From NCBI GenBank assembly GCA_964640225.1, contig CAZXFI010000003.1, positions 3,442 to 67,441 of the forward strand: a DNA stretch of 64,000 nt, in the 5' to 3' direction. A program made the position numbers and the translations under genes. The notes below the pieces were generated by a model that saw only the letters and a list, made by a program, of their open reading frames with translations, searched no databases and was not told the origin of the DNA. Below, piece after piece: positions 55,682-64,000 of this stretch (position 1 is the stretch's first letter; every line of letters begins with the position of its first letter). Origin of the DNA: an uncultured archaeon. Lineage in GTDB: Archaea; Aenigmatarchaeota; Aenigmatarchaeia; PWEA01; JAGHBM01.

Positions 55682-56071
55682 GTGAGGGGTGCGCCTGGAA
55701 AAAAGGAGCAGAAAAACAACTACAAGGAGCTTTTTTTCAAATTCAAGCCGGTTGAAATGCTGGTGTTCCTTAAAAAGGGAATGGGCCCAAAATACGCCAC
55801 ACAGGTCTCAAAAGGCGTGGATTGCACGTATTCCCACACCATAAAAGTTCTGGAAAAATTCAAGGACCTGGGCCTGGTTATTTTCAAGAAAAAAGGAAGA
55901 ATAAAGATGATACAGCTCACCCCAAACGGCGAGGAGATAGCCCATGATTTTGAGGGGTTGGGAAGAAAGTTTGAAAGGGCGGACTCCGAGAAAGACACCA
56001 AGAAAAAGGAAGACAAGAAAGCCGAGAAAAAGAGTGAAAGCGGCAAGGGAAAGAAAAACCCAAAAAATTAG
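55682..56071 (+). CDS. Winged-helix protein with a Lys-rich C-terminal tail
   Basis: wHTH (ATQVSKGVDCTYSHTIKVLEKF..KKKGRIKMIQLT) followed by a KKKEDKKAEKK tail. Confidence 0.4.
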   Translation: MRGAPGKKEQKNNYKELFFKFKPVEMLVFLKKGMGPKYATQVSKGVDCTYSHTIKVLEKFKDLGLVIFKKKGRIKMIQLTPNGEEIAHDFEGLGRKFERADSEKDTKKKEDKKAEKKSESGKGKKNPKN

Positions 56072-56240
56072 CTCCACAACGTTACAATAATGAAAATAAG
56101 GCATAAACCCGGGAAAACCATAAATTTGCCAAATTATCCCCATGTTTTAAGACCAAATCTTCTATTCAATAACCAAACAATAGAAATCTTTTTATATTCA
56201 CTGAAGCTTATTTACACTATAACGTTATTGGTGATGTTTT

Positions 56241-56711
56241 ATGGAAAAACCCACCCCGCCCAATGAAAAAAGGTTAAAATCCAAGGAGTCCTTGTATTAT
56301 CCTTCGGTACTCGGCGGCAAATGGAAGACGCTTGACCCTGATGTAAGGTGGGATTTAAGTGACGTAATAAACCACGTTTTCCCCCGAGAATACCAGGAAA
56401 AATCCAATGAATACGCGCAAAAACTAATGGAATTTTTGTTTCTCAACCCAGGGGGAATTGACAAAAAAATGCTGTCGGAATTCGTGAAAGGCCATAATTT
56501 GCCCGTTTCAACACTATATAACATTGTTATACCAAAACTCGTGAAATTGGGCATGGTGGAAAGAAGGCGCGAGCCAAACGCCTCAAATCCCGGGAAGGGC
56601 TGGTTCCTTATTCTCAAACCCTCTGTTTCGTTTTCTTCCCATTTGATCAAACTGGCGGGCGAGTGGAGGTCGCTGTACAAAACAGCATACTCCAAAGAGC
56701 ATAATGAATAA
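56241..56711 (+). CDS. Hypothetical protein with a wHTH-like segment
   Basis: STLYNIVIPKLVKLGMVERR recognition-helix-like segment. Confidence 0.35.
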   Translation: MEKPTPPNEKRLKSKESLYYPSVLGGKWKTLDPDVRWDLSDVINHVFPREYQEKSNEYAQKLMEFLFLNPGGIDKKMLSEFVKGHNLPVSTLYNIVIPKLVKLGMVERRREPNASNPGKGWFLILKPSVSFSSHLIKLAGEWRSLYKTAYSKEHNE

Positions 56712-56960
56712 TATATTTTTAAAAGATTTTTTTGTAAAATATATAATATAAAAGTTATAATTAAATAGTTATTTTAAATAATATATTTTACATTATATAT
56801 ATTATACAATATAGAAAAAATCACACAAAAATGTGAGACTTCAGGACCCAGACTCACAAGCCAAAAGAGCCCAGAATGCAAAATATGAGGTTTTAAGGCC
56901 TTTTTGATGCGTTATTAAAGTATCTTTATATAATTAAACTACCAAGAAAAAAAGAGGAAA
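56712..56960. repeat. Second AT-rich island sharing the ATATATTTTA(T/C)A motif
   Basis: Low-complexity AT DNA upstream of tRNA-Gln. Confidence 0.4.
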
Positions 56961-56961
56961 T

Positions 56962-57131
56962 AGCCCCGTAGTCTAGTGGCCAAAGGAAGTTGACATATAC
57001 GAGGTATATGTTTGTGCAATCTTTCGGTTATGGATGGGAGGCTCTGGACCTCCAGACCCAGGTTCGAATAAGCTTTTTTCTAAAAAGCTTAAGCAAAAAC
57101 TTAAAAAACGAGAGTCCTGGCGGGGCTACCA
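56962..57131 (+). tRNA. tRNA-Gln (anticodon CUG) with two non-canonical introns (D-arm and T-loop)
   Basis: Acceptor AGCCCCG/CGGGGCT, discriminator A, encoded CCA. Anticodon arm GGAGG-CTCTGGA-CCTCC at 57037-57053. T-arm CCAGG-TTCGAAT-[46-nt intron 57070-57115]-CCTGG. A ~48-nt insert sits between the D-stem halves. Confidence 0.6.
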
Positions 57132-57153
57132 TTTGTTTTAAGGGGGTACAAAA

Positions 57154-57486
57154 ATGAGGATAGACAAATTTTCTTTCGGCCAGATTGTGCTAAAGGGAAA
57201 GAAATACGACCACGACGTGTTTGTGACTAACAAATCCGTTGAGGAGAAAGAGAGCAGCCACGAGATTACCAGGGACGACATAGACAGGGCCCTGTTTCTT
57301 GAGCCGGATTTAATAATTATAGGAAAAGGAACAAGTGGCATGGTTGAGATTCCAGAAGAAATAAAGGCCATGGTGGCCCGGAACAAGGTAAGGCTGATAG
57401 AAGGAAATACCCCGGATGTTATAAAAGATTTTAATAAATTGAGCGCCAAGAATAAAATCGTGGGTATATTTCACCTTACTTGCTAG
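57154..57486 (+). CDS. Mth938-like domain protein (DUF498)
   Basis: Collinear with MTH938, ending in FHLTC. Confidence 0.65.
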   Translation: MRIDKFSFGQIVLKGKKYDHDVFVTNKSVEEKESSHEITRDDIDRALFLEPDLIIIGKGTSGMVEIPEEIKAMVARNKVRLIEGNTPDVIKDFNKLSAKNKIVGIFHLTC

Positions 57487-57965
57487 GTGTACTGATGGAA
57501 ATAAACAGAAAACAGGCGGGAACAATATTTATAGCTTTCATATTCATTATTTCCGCGATATCTTTTGCAATAAGCGCAAAACCGTCGGTTAGCCAGAACA
57601 CGGAGGAAGATTCAAGCATTTTGAAGCAGCCGCTGAATAATGAACAGAAGACAATGCTTTTGGACAACGACGTTTCAATCCTGACTTTCTTTTTCATGGA
57701 GGATGACGAGGATTCCCTGAAGACAAAAAAAGACGCCGAAAGGCTTAACGAAGAAATAGGCGAAAAACTTCTTCTGGAGGAAATAGAAATAACAAAATTC
57801 CAATCCCTTTCCGCCGAGTACAACATCCGGTCCTCACCCACGCTGCTGATAAGAGGAAAAGAAAACATAAACTCCCCCATAAGGCTTGAAGGTTCCCATG
57901 ATTATGAAACCCTGAAAAAAAACGTGTGTCTAACTTACAGCGAAAAACCAGAGGCCTGTGATTGA
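57480..57965 (+). CDS. Signal-anchored hypothetical protein (possible thioredoxin-like fold)
   Basis: N-terminal TM/signal. No active-site motif. Confidence 0.35.
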   Translation: MLGVLMEINRKQAGTIFIAFIFIISAISFAISAKPSVSQNTEEDSSILKQPLNNEQKTMLLDNDVSILTFFFMEDDEDSLKTKKDAERLNEEIGEKLLLEEIEITKFQSLSAEYNIRSSPTLLIRGKENINSPIRLEGSHDYETLKKNVCLTYSEKPEACD

Positions 57966-58318
57966 TAATGGAAATGGTATACTGGCTTTTTTTCCTGATT
58001 GTGACAATCTTACTGGCAATACTCGCAAGGAGGTACAGGAGGCTTTACATCCTGGAAAAACAGAAAAAGTCCAGCATTTCCGTGAAACACGGCAAATTTT
58101 TGGAGCATTACATACCGTGGATAAGGAAAATATTTCCCTACAGGCCTGAAAGATTCAGGTTTATAGGAAATCCAATAGACGGGATAGTTTTTGACGATAA
58201 CAAAATAGTTTTCCTTGAATTCAAAACAGGAAAATCATCCCTCACCGAATTTCAAAAAAGGATAAAGTCTCTTGTTGAGAACAAAAAAATTGAATGGAAA
58301 GAAATAAGGGCAGAATAA
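57962..58318 (+). CDS. Membrane-anchored PD-(D/E)xK nuclease-fold protein (Holliday-junction-resolvase-related endonuclease family)
   Basis: N-terminal TM helix. D-x(n)-EFK core (DGIVFDD...VFLEFKTGKS). Confidence 0.4.
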   Translation: MIMEMVYWLFFLIVTILLAILARRYRRLYILEKQKKSSISVKHGKFLEHYIPWIRKIFPYRPERFRFIGNPIDGIVFDDNKIVFLEFKTGKSSLTEFQKRIKSLVENKKIEWKEIRAE

Positions 58319-58368
58319 CCAAAAGGTTTTTATTTATAAACAGGGAAATAGATATAACTTGTGTGATG

Positions 58369-58560
58369 TTAATGGGTATGAGAGTTCTCAAGCTTAAATG
58401 CGACATATGTGGAAAGTCTCTAAACTTTTCAAACATAGGGTTCGTGAGCCACCCTCACGAGGATCACCTGAAGGCGGTAATGAGATGCAAGGGTTGCCAC
58501 AACAAAATAAAGGAAAAGAAAAGGCAGAGAAACTCCAGTTACATGATAATAGATGATTAA
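58369..58560 (+). CDS. Small Zn-ribbon protein (CxxC...CxxC)
   Basis: KCDICGKS...CKGCHNK motifs. Internal Met preferred over the track start. Confidence 0.3.
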   Translation, partial: LMGMRVLKLKCDICGKSLNFSNIGFVSHPHEDHLKAVMRCKGCHNKIKEKKRQRNSSYMIIDD

Positions 58561-58694
58561 ATCCTTTCCTTAATTCTTTCTATTTCCTCTTCCTGCTCCC
58601 GAATTTCCTTTTTTAGTTTTTCCAGGGCGGGGATTATGCCGTCTATGTCCGTTCTTAACGCTTCGGCCATTTTTTTAACTATCCTATCCCTCAT
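58557..58694 (-). CDS. Small (45 aa) coiled-coil protein coupled to the alaS stop
   Basis: Translation MRDRIVKKMAEALRTDIDGIIPALEKLKKEIREQEEEIERIKERI. The ATG overlaps the AlaRS TGA as ATGA. Confidence 0.3.
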   Translation of the reverse strand: MRDRIVKKMAEALRTDIDGIIPALEKLKKEIREQEEEIERIKERI

Positions 58695-61390
58695 TTTAAC
58701 ATCTCCCTTATTTTCTCACGGGCCTTTTCCAATTCGGCCTTCTCGGTGCCGAAGCCCTGGGCCAGCTTGGCGGAGCCGCCACCTCTCCCCCCCAGAATTT
58801 CCGAAATTTCCTTCACTATTTTACCGATGTCTATCTCAACGTCTTTCCCGGCCGAAGCAAAGATATCAATCCTCTCATTCAATCCAAACAGGAAAATTAT
58901 CGTGTTTTTTCCTGTAAGCTGCATGGAAAGTTTTTGCATATCCTTCCTGGATGTTCTCCCAAGTTCCTTTATAAGAACCTTGTTTTTGCCTATTTCTTCA
59001 AATTTCATTTTCCCGCCCCTTATTTCAGCAACCTTTCCGCTGAGTTTGTTTATTTTTTTCCTATTTTCCTTCCATTTCTTCTGCATAACTTCAATCTTTT
59101 CTACAACTTCGCTCTCTTCCACGCTCAGTATTTCTTCTGACCTTTCTAAAACCTTTTCACATTTTCCCAGATAAGTCTCGGCGGCTTTGCCTGAAACGTA
59201 AGTTAATCTTACCATGCCGTCACGGGGTTTTTCCGACTTAAGTATTATTATTTTTCCCACATCACCGGTTTGGTTGAGATGCGTCCCGCCGCATGCCTCG
59301 TGTTCCAGGTTGTCTATGGATATTATTCTCAAAGTTTTTGAGGGCACCGCGGCTCCCTGGTAAATCCTGAAGCCGTATTTCCTTTCCGCCTCAGGCCTGG
59401 GCAAAACTTCCTTTTTTACCTTGTAGTTTTTCCCGACTATTTCATTCGCTTTTTTCTGTATTTTTTCCACCTGTTTTTCCGAAAGGCTGTCGTAATGTGT
59501 TACGTCAAGATGAGCTTTGTCCACATCTTTTTTGGAGCCGCCCTGCCAGACGTGGTCTCCAAGCACCATGACCGCGGCGGCGTTGATTATATGCGTTGTG
59601 GTGTGGTGCTGCATCAGTTGTCTTCTCCTTTTCCTGTCTATTTTACATTTAACCGTATCCCCGGGCTTGAAATTTATTTTTTTAACCTGGTGGATTATCG
59701 TCTTGTCCACCTTTTCCACATTGAAAACCTCGCACCCGTTGATTTTTCCCAAGTCCGTTTCCTGGCCTCCCGACCTGGGATAGAAACCGGTTCTTTCCAG
59801 CACCACGAAATCTCCTATCACTTTCAGGACTTTTGCGTCAAATTCATAAACATTGTCATAAAACATAACAGGCGTCTCCCCTATTCCCTCAATTTCGCTT
59901 TTGTCTATGGGATACTTTTGCTTTTCCCCGGCCTCTTTTTCGTGTCTTTCCGTTACTTTCTGATATATGTCCGCGGGGATGTCTATTTTTACGCCATGCC
60001 TCTCGGCAACCTCCCTTATTGTTTCCGGCATTATGCCGTGGGAGTCATAAAGCTCAACCAGCCGGTCTTCGGTTAGTTTTTTCCCGCTTGAAATTATTTT
60101 ATTAAGCATGCTCCTTGTGTTTCTTGACGTTTCCCTGTATTTTTTCCTTTCCATGTCCATAATCCTGCCGAAATGGTCCAGTTTTTGCTTAAGTTCCGGG
60201 TTTACCGGTTTGAAATAATCCGCGATTTGTCCGGCCAGCCATTCAATTTCAAACGGAAAGCCGTATTTTTCCATAAAACTCAGTGTCCTCCTTAGGATAA
60301 CCCTTAAGTTATACCCGCCTCCGGTGTTGCTCGGCACTCCTCCGTCGTTTATGGCATAAAGAAGCGTTTTTACATGGTCTGCAACGGCATACAAGGCCTG
60401 TATTGGCTCTATTTTCTCGGCCAGTTCGTTTTTGTCAATATAGAGGGACTTCGCAATGTCTGTTTTGGCTTTCTCTATGTCTCCAACCTCGTCTATGTTC
60501 AGCAGACCGGCGAGCCTTGAATAGTCTTCAAACAGCTTCTTCTCGTATTTTATCCCGGCCTTTTTCTTCATTTTTTCAAGAACAGAGCCCAGCACGGCAT
60601 CGTAGTTGGTAGGCGTGCCCTGCGACACCCACACAAACCTTTCAAAACCGGCTCCCATGTCTATCAGCCTGTTTTTCATAACCCTGTAGTTGTCGGGCGT
60701 ACCCCTGAATTCGGTGAAAACCGCGTTCCCCAGTTCTATACCCCCAATATGGTACTCCAGCGAATAGCCGAAGGCCCCCGGCCCCAGCCAGGCGTCTTCC
60801 ATGAAGTTTATCTTCTCCTTTTTGATTCCCAATACCTCCGTGAGCATCCTGTAATCCAGTTCTATGCATTTTTCTTTCCAGTAGCCGTTTTTCTCGTCAG
60901 CAAGGGAGGCCTGTTCCAGATGAGAATGGCAGGTCCAGTGCCTTCCACTAACGCCTACCTGGGGTATGTCGTTGAATCTCAATGAAGGCTGAAGGATGAC
61001 GACGGGATTCGCAGGAAGTTCAAAAACGAACCGGTCCCCGTCTTTCCTGTAAAAGTCTACAACTCCGGCTATGGTGAAATAAAGGTCCGGAAACCACCTG
61101 CAGAGCACCGGGTATCTGTCCACAATAGCGTGCCCCTCTTTTTCAAAAAATTTCCTTACGGCTTTCCACATGGAGAAATAATCAAACTTTTTTTTGGTTA
61201 ACGGGTTCCCGATGAATTCGTAAGGCCGGCAGGAGGAGTCGTTGCAAATATCCTGGCCGGTTGTGGTCCAGAAAAATTTCCCGCATTTCTTGCACTGGTT
61301 CCTTCGGAAACCTGACTGCCTGAAAAAATCAAGATACCAGTATTTCTCCGGAGTCTTCTGTAGTATTTTCATAAGTTCCTTTTTGTTCAT
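58691..61390 (-). CDS. alaS: Alanyl-tRNA synthetase (archaeal type)
   Basis: Archaeal AlaRS N-terminus (FFW..G), editing-domain HxxxH...CGGTH, C-terminal DHHA1-like domain. Confidence 0.9.
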   Translation of the reverse strand: MNKKELMKILQKTPEKYWYLDFFRQSGFRRNQCKKCGKFFWTTTGQDICNDSSCRPYEFIGNPLTKKKFDYFSMWKAVRKFFEKEGHAIVDRYPVLCRWFPDLYFTIAGVVDFYRKDGDRFVFELPANPVVILQPSLRFNDIPQVGVSGRHWTCHSHLEQASLADEKNGYWKEKCIELDYRMLTEVLGIKKEKINFMEDAWLGPGAFGYSLEYHIGGIELGNAVFTEFRGTPDNYRVMKNRLIDMGAGFERFVWVSQGTPTNYDAVLGSVLEKMKKKAGIKYEKKLFEDYSRLAGLLNIDEVGDIEKAKTDIAKSLYIDKNELAEKIEPIQALYAVADHVKTLLYAINDGGVPSNTGGGYNLRVILRRTLSFMEKYGFPFEIEWLAGQIADYFKPVNPELKQKLDHFGRIMDMERKKYRETSRNTRSMLNKIISSGKKLTEDRLVELYDSHGIMPETIREVAERHGVKIDIPADIYQKVTERHEKEAGEKQKYPIDKSEIEGIGETPVMFYDNVYEFDAKVLKVIGDFVVLERTGFYPRSGGQETDLGKINGCEVFNVEKVDKTIIHQVKKINFKPGDTVKCKIDRKRRRQLMQHHTTTHIINAAAVMVLGDHVWQGGSKKDVDKAHLDVTHYDSLSEKQVEKIQKKANEIVGKNYKVKKEVLPRPEAERKYGFRIYQGAAVPSKTLRIISIDNLEHEACGGTHLNQTGDVGKIIILKSEKPRDGMVRLTYVSGKAAETYLGKCEKVLERSEEILSVEESEVVEKIEVMQKKWKENRKKINKLSGKVAEIRGGKMKFEEIGKNKVLIKELGRTSRKDMQKLSMQLTGKNTIIFLFGLNERIDIFASAGKDVEIDIGKIVKEISEILGGRGGGSAKLAQGFGTEKAELEKAREKIREMLK

Positions 61391-61456
61391 ATTTGAAAAT
61401 AATTGGGTTAAACTAATAAATATATGGATAGAAAGAAGCAGTTTCAGGATTGGCTT

Positions 61457-61765
61457 TTAGCCGAACAAACCCGCCAACCCTTCTGCTGCCTCTTCTTCCT
61501 TCTTTTCCTTGTCTTCTGCTGCCTCTTCTTCCTTCTCTTCGGCCTTTGCTTCTCCTGCTGGAGCTGCCGCGGCTGGAGCCGCTACAGGCATTGCCGCTTT
61601 TGATATGGCTTCCTCTATGTTCACGTCTTTTAATGCGGCTACAAGAGCTTTCACCTGAGTCTCTTCAGCTTTTTCTCCGGTGGCGTCTATCACTTTCTTG
61701 ACGCTGGCCTCGTTTATCTCCTTTCCGGCAGAGTGAAGCAACAGTGCTCCGTATATGTATTCCAT
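61457..61765 (-). CDS. rpl12: 50S ribosomal protein L12 (P1 stalk protein)
   Basis: [12 protein letters not shown]-terminus, Ala/Pro hinge, acidic GLFG C-terminus. Confidence 0.85.
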   Translation of the reverse strand: MEYIYGALLLHSAGKEINEASVKKVIDATGEKAEETQVKALVAALKDVNIEEAISKAAMPVAAPAAAAPAGEAKAEEKEEEAAEDKEKKEEEAAEGLAGLFG

Positions 61766-61781
61766 TTCTACACCTCCGTGA

Positions 61782-62606
61782 TCATTTTTTAAGGGCCATT
61801 GCCTTTCTGTGGGCTCTGGCTATGATTTCGTCCATTATTTCTTTTGAGTATACACCGGCCTCCAGGGCGAGCGCCTTCGCTTTCATAAAGGCTTTCTGCA
61901 CAGCCATGGGAGCGGTTACTTTAGTCAGGTATGAAGAGTTTAATGAAAGGTTTACTGCAGAAAACAAGCAGCCGTTCAGCCGGTTCATAAATTCCTCCTC
62001 GTCTATGTTCAGAACCCTTTTCTCAAACACGGTCTCGTTTTCGTAAGCAACTGTCAAATCCAGGCCGACTTCCATGGGCTCTATTCCCAGCATGTTCAAA
62101 ACGCCGGCAACATTTGAGTTTATCTTATCGCCCTCCTTCGCTACAACAGAATCCTTTATGATACGGATCTTGCCGTCCTGGACTTTGGATATTATTCCGG
62201 CGTCCGATAACTGGCCTATGGCAGGCCCCGCAGGTATTCCCGTATCACCGCTCTTCACGACAATGTTGTTTGGCGCCGTATCGCCAGCCTTTGCAGGCGC
62301 GGGTGTCTTGTTATCCTTGAGGTATTTGAAAAGCTCAAACGGATTCATTTTTGTAAACATGAAAGCCGGCTGACCCTTCAGATATGCTTCCAGCTTCTTT
62401 ACGCCCTTTTTCTTTGATTTGTCAATAGCCCTTAACATGAGGCTTTTTTTTGACATGAGTATTTTTGCCAGGTCACCAAGCTCTTTTTTCATTGACTGGA
62501 GCTGCGGCGAAGGCATTTTATACATATTCAGTACGCCTACCACGGGGTACTCGTCTATCATTTTGGCAAGTCTTGTCACTTCGTTCTTCTTCCATTCCTT
62601 TGTCAT
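61782..62606 (-). CDS. rpl10: 50S ribosomal protein L10 (P0 homolog)
   Basis: P0 family. L1-L10-L12 operon context. Confidence 0.85.
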   Translation of the reverse strand: MTKEWKKNEVTRLAKMIDEYPVVGVLNMYKMPSPQLQSMKKELGDLAKILMSKKSLMLRAIDKSKKKGVKKLEAYLKGQPAFMFTKMNPFELFKYLKDNKTPAPAKAGDTAPNNIVVKSGDTGIPAGPAIGQLSDAGIISKVQDGKIRIIKDSVVAKEGDKINSNVAGVLNMLGIEPMEVGLDLTVAYENETVFEKRVLNIDEEEFMNRLNGCLFSAVNLSLNSSYLTKVTAPMAVQKAFMKAKALALEAGVYSKEIMDEIIARAHRKAMALKK

Positions 62607-63229
62607 TTTACCCTCACCTTGAAGGCCTTACCCATGGTCAGTTTAACCACTACATTGTCTATCTGCTGCTTCCCCTTGGGGAGTTTCCCTTCTATGAAAT
62701 TGATTATTGACTTTATATTCTCCCAAATTTCCTCGTCTTTCATACCCTCGTTTCCTACAGAGCCCTGTATAACCGGGGTTTTCACGTTCAGATTGAAAGT
62801 TTTTTCACCCCCCTTTATCAGTCCCGAAAGGTCAACCGTGGAAGGAAACGGCTTGGGCATTTTTCCACGGGGCCCAAGGACAGGGCCGAGCACCTTGCCT
62901 ATCTGAGACATTAGCGTGGTTTCACCCAAGAAATAATCGTACTCGCCGGCAATCTTCTTAGCCTCATTTTTTGGCATTTTGCGAAGTTGGTCTTTTGTGA
63001 TAACACCCACGTCAAGTTTCTTCGCTTCCGTAACTTTGGAATCAGCTATAACACATACTTTGGTTTTCTTGCCCTTTCCGTGGGGCAGAATAACGCTGCC
63101 GCTGAATCTGTTTTCAGGTTTGGAGAAGTTAATTCCCTTAAGATTTATAACAAGATCCCATGTCTGGGTAAAATTCCTTTTCTTGCTGCTTTCCCTGCAT
63201 TTCTTCAAAATTTCTTTCAATTCTTCCAT
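62603..63229 (-). CDS. rpl1: 50S ribosomal protein L1
   Basis: L1 family. 4-nt overlap with L10. Confidence 0.9.
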   Translation of the reverse strand: MEELKEILKKCRESSKKRNFTQTWDLVINLKGINFSKPENRFSGSVILPHGKGKKTKVCVIADSKVTEAKKLDVGVITKDQLRKMPKNEAKKIAGEYDYFLGETTLMSQIGKVLGPVLGPRGKMPKPFPSTVDLSGLIKGGEKTFNLNVKTPVIQGSVGNEGMKDEEIWENIKSIINFIEGKLPKGKQQIDNVVVKLTMGKAFKVRVK

Positions 63230-63294
63230 TCAAGTAACCTCCTACCGAAGTAGTAAAGCGGTTTAGATAATTAACTAATGTAAAGTATTTAAAT

Positions 63295-64000
63295 TTAACC
63301 TTTTTTGACCTCACTAACTTCCACATCCTTGGCCTCTTCCTCTTTCGGAAGCAGTTCGTTTATTATTTCCTGCGGTATCTCCTCTTCTTCCATCTTTGAA
63401 ATAATCTCCTTCCTTTCTTTTCCTTCCATCTGCTTCATTATCTCCTCGGCCACCTTCTTCATCTTTTCCATGTGCTCTTTTCTTTCTTCCGCTAACCTTT
63501 CCTTCTCTTCCTCCAGTTCCTTAAGTTCCTCCGCGCTTAGTTCCGTTTTTTCATGAATTATTTCATCATCATATTTGCCCTCATCTATTTCCCCGATAAC
63601 CTCTTTCGGATTTTTTCCTTCCACAAGAATACCGCACGACACGCAGCTTCCTATAACCTGTTTCACATTTGATTTCATTTGGGAAGAGTTCATGTCATCT
63701 CTCTTGCCCTTGGCTATCTTGATTACCTGTTCTATTTTCAGGTCGGCGATATTTTCTTCCTTCGGTCTTGAAGAAAGTTTCTCCACCTTGGCCTCCTTCT
63801 TTATCATTGCAGAAACAGGAGGGGTACCTACCTTTATCTTGAATTTTTTACCGTCAACTACAACCGTTACAGGCACTTTCATGCCAGCGAAGTCCTTTGT
63901 CTTATCGTTTATCTGGCTTATGACCTCGCCTATGTTTATTCCAAGAGGCCCCAATGCAGGTCCCAACGGGGGTCCTGCGCTGGCCTTCCCTCCTTCCACA
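63295..64000 (-). CDS. rpl11: 50S ribosomal protein L11 with a ~90-aa Glu/Lys-rich C-terminal extension. The N-terminus is cut by the window edge.
   Basis: GGKASAGPPLGPALGPLGIN L11 signature. The ORF reaches the window end. Confidence 0.8.
   Translation of the reverse strand, partial: VEGGKASAGPPLGPALGPLGINIGEVISQINDKTKDFAGMKVPVTVVVDGKKFKIKVGTPPVSAMIKKEAKVEKLSSRPKEENIADLKIEQVIKIAKGKRDDMNSSQMKSNVKQVIGSCVSCGILVEGKNPKEVIGEIDEGKYDDEIIHEKTELSAEELKELEEEKERLAEERKEHMEKMKKVAEEIMKQMEGKERKEIISKMEEEEIPQEIINELLPKEEEAKDVEVSEVKKG

Noticed and set aside
55471-55719. 82-aa ORF (-) made of FYYIFYKIYF repeats
   Set aside because: Translation of the AT-rich low-complexity island, not a protein.

Overview
This is a 64 kb archaeal chromosomal window at about 50% GC, with dense, mostly operonic coding. 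Archaeal markers are an HMf-type histone, Orc1/Cdc6, RadA, RPA, a family-B DNA polymerase, DnaG primase, NAC, Hjc, SecDF, archaeal-type AlaRS and the L11-L1-L10-L12 ribosomal stalk operon.

Main blocks, start to end:
1. A nucleotide-sugar / surface-glycan island (WbpA/B/E/D-like UDP-2,3-diacetamido-2,3-dideoxyglucuronate pathway plus ATP-grasp, LmbE-type deacetylase, epimerase, membrane proteins, NTP-transferase, PAP2 phosphatase).
2. A replication island: an AT-rich DUE with ORB elements, then orc1/cdc6, a truncated DP1 (PolD small subunit)-like OB-fold protein, a HAD hydrolase, and a PolB carrying a C-terminal Zn-ribbon extension.
3. A giant N-glycosylation-sequon-rich cell-surface (S-layer candidate) protein, with a membrane-anchored BFN nuclease and a MacB-type ABC exporter nearby.
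4. A group-3b-like [NiFe] sulfhydrogenase operon (hydB/G/D/A) with HypC and a protease-like gene.
5. A class III anaerobic RNR set, NrdD-redoxin-NrdG.
6. A ~750 bp non-coding array of CACGTG-dyad iterons next to an AAA+-wHTH gene. I read this as a possible second origin or replicon module.
7. A RadA-RPA-histone cluster.

Two tRNA genes (Arg-CCU and Gln-CUG) each carry several non-canonical introns. Several sub-60-aa genes are absent from the ORF track: a Pyrococcus-type ferredoxin and small Zn-ribbon proteins. Start-codon refinements are inferred from conserved N-termini, RBS-like purine tracts and ATGA-type overlaps. Many antisense shadow ORFs in the track are rejected.

All functional calls come from motif and family recognition by eye. 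No database searches were run.
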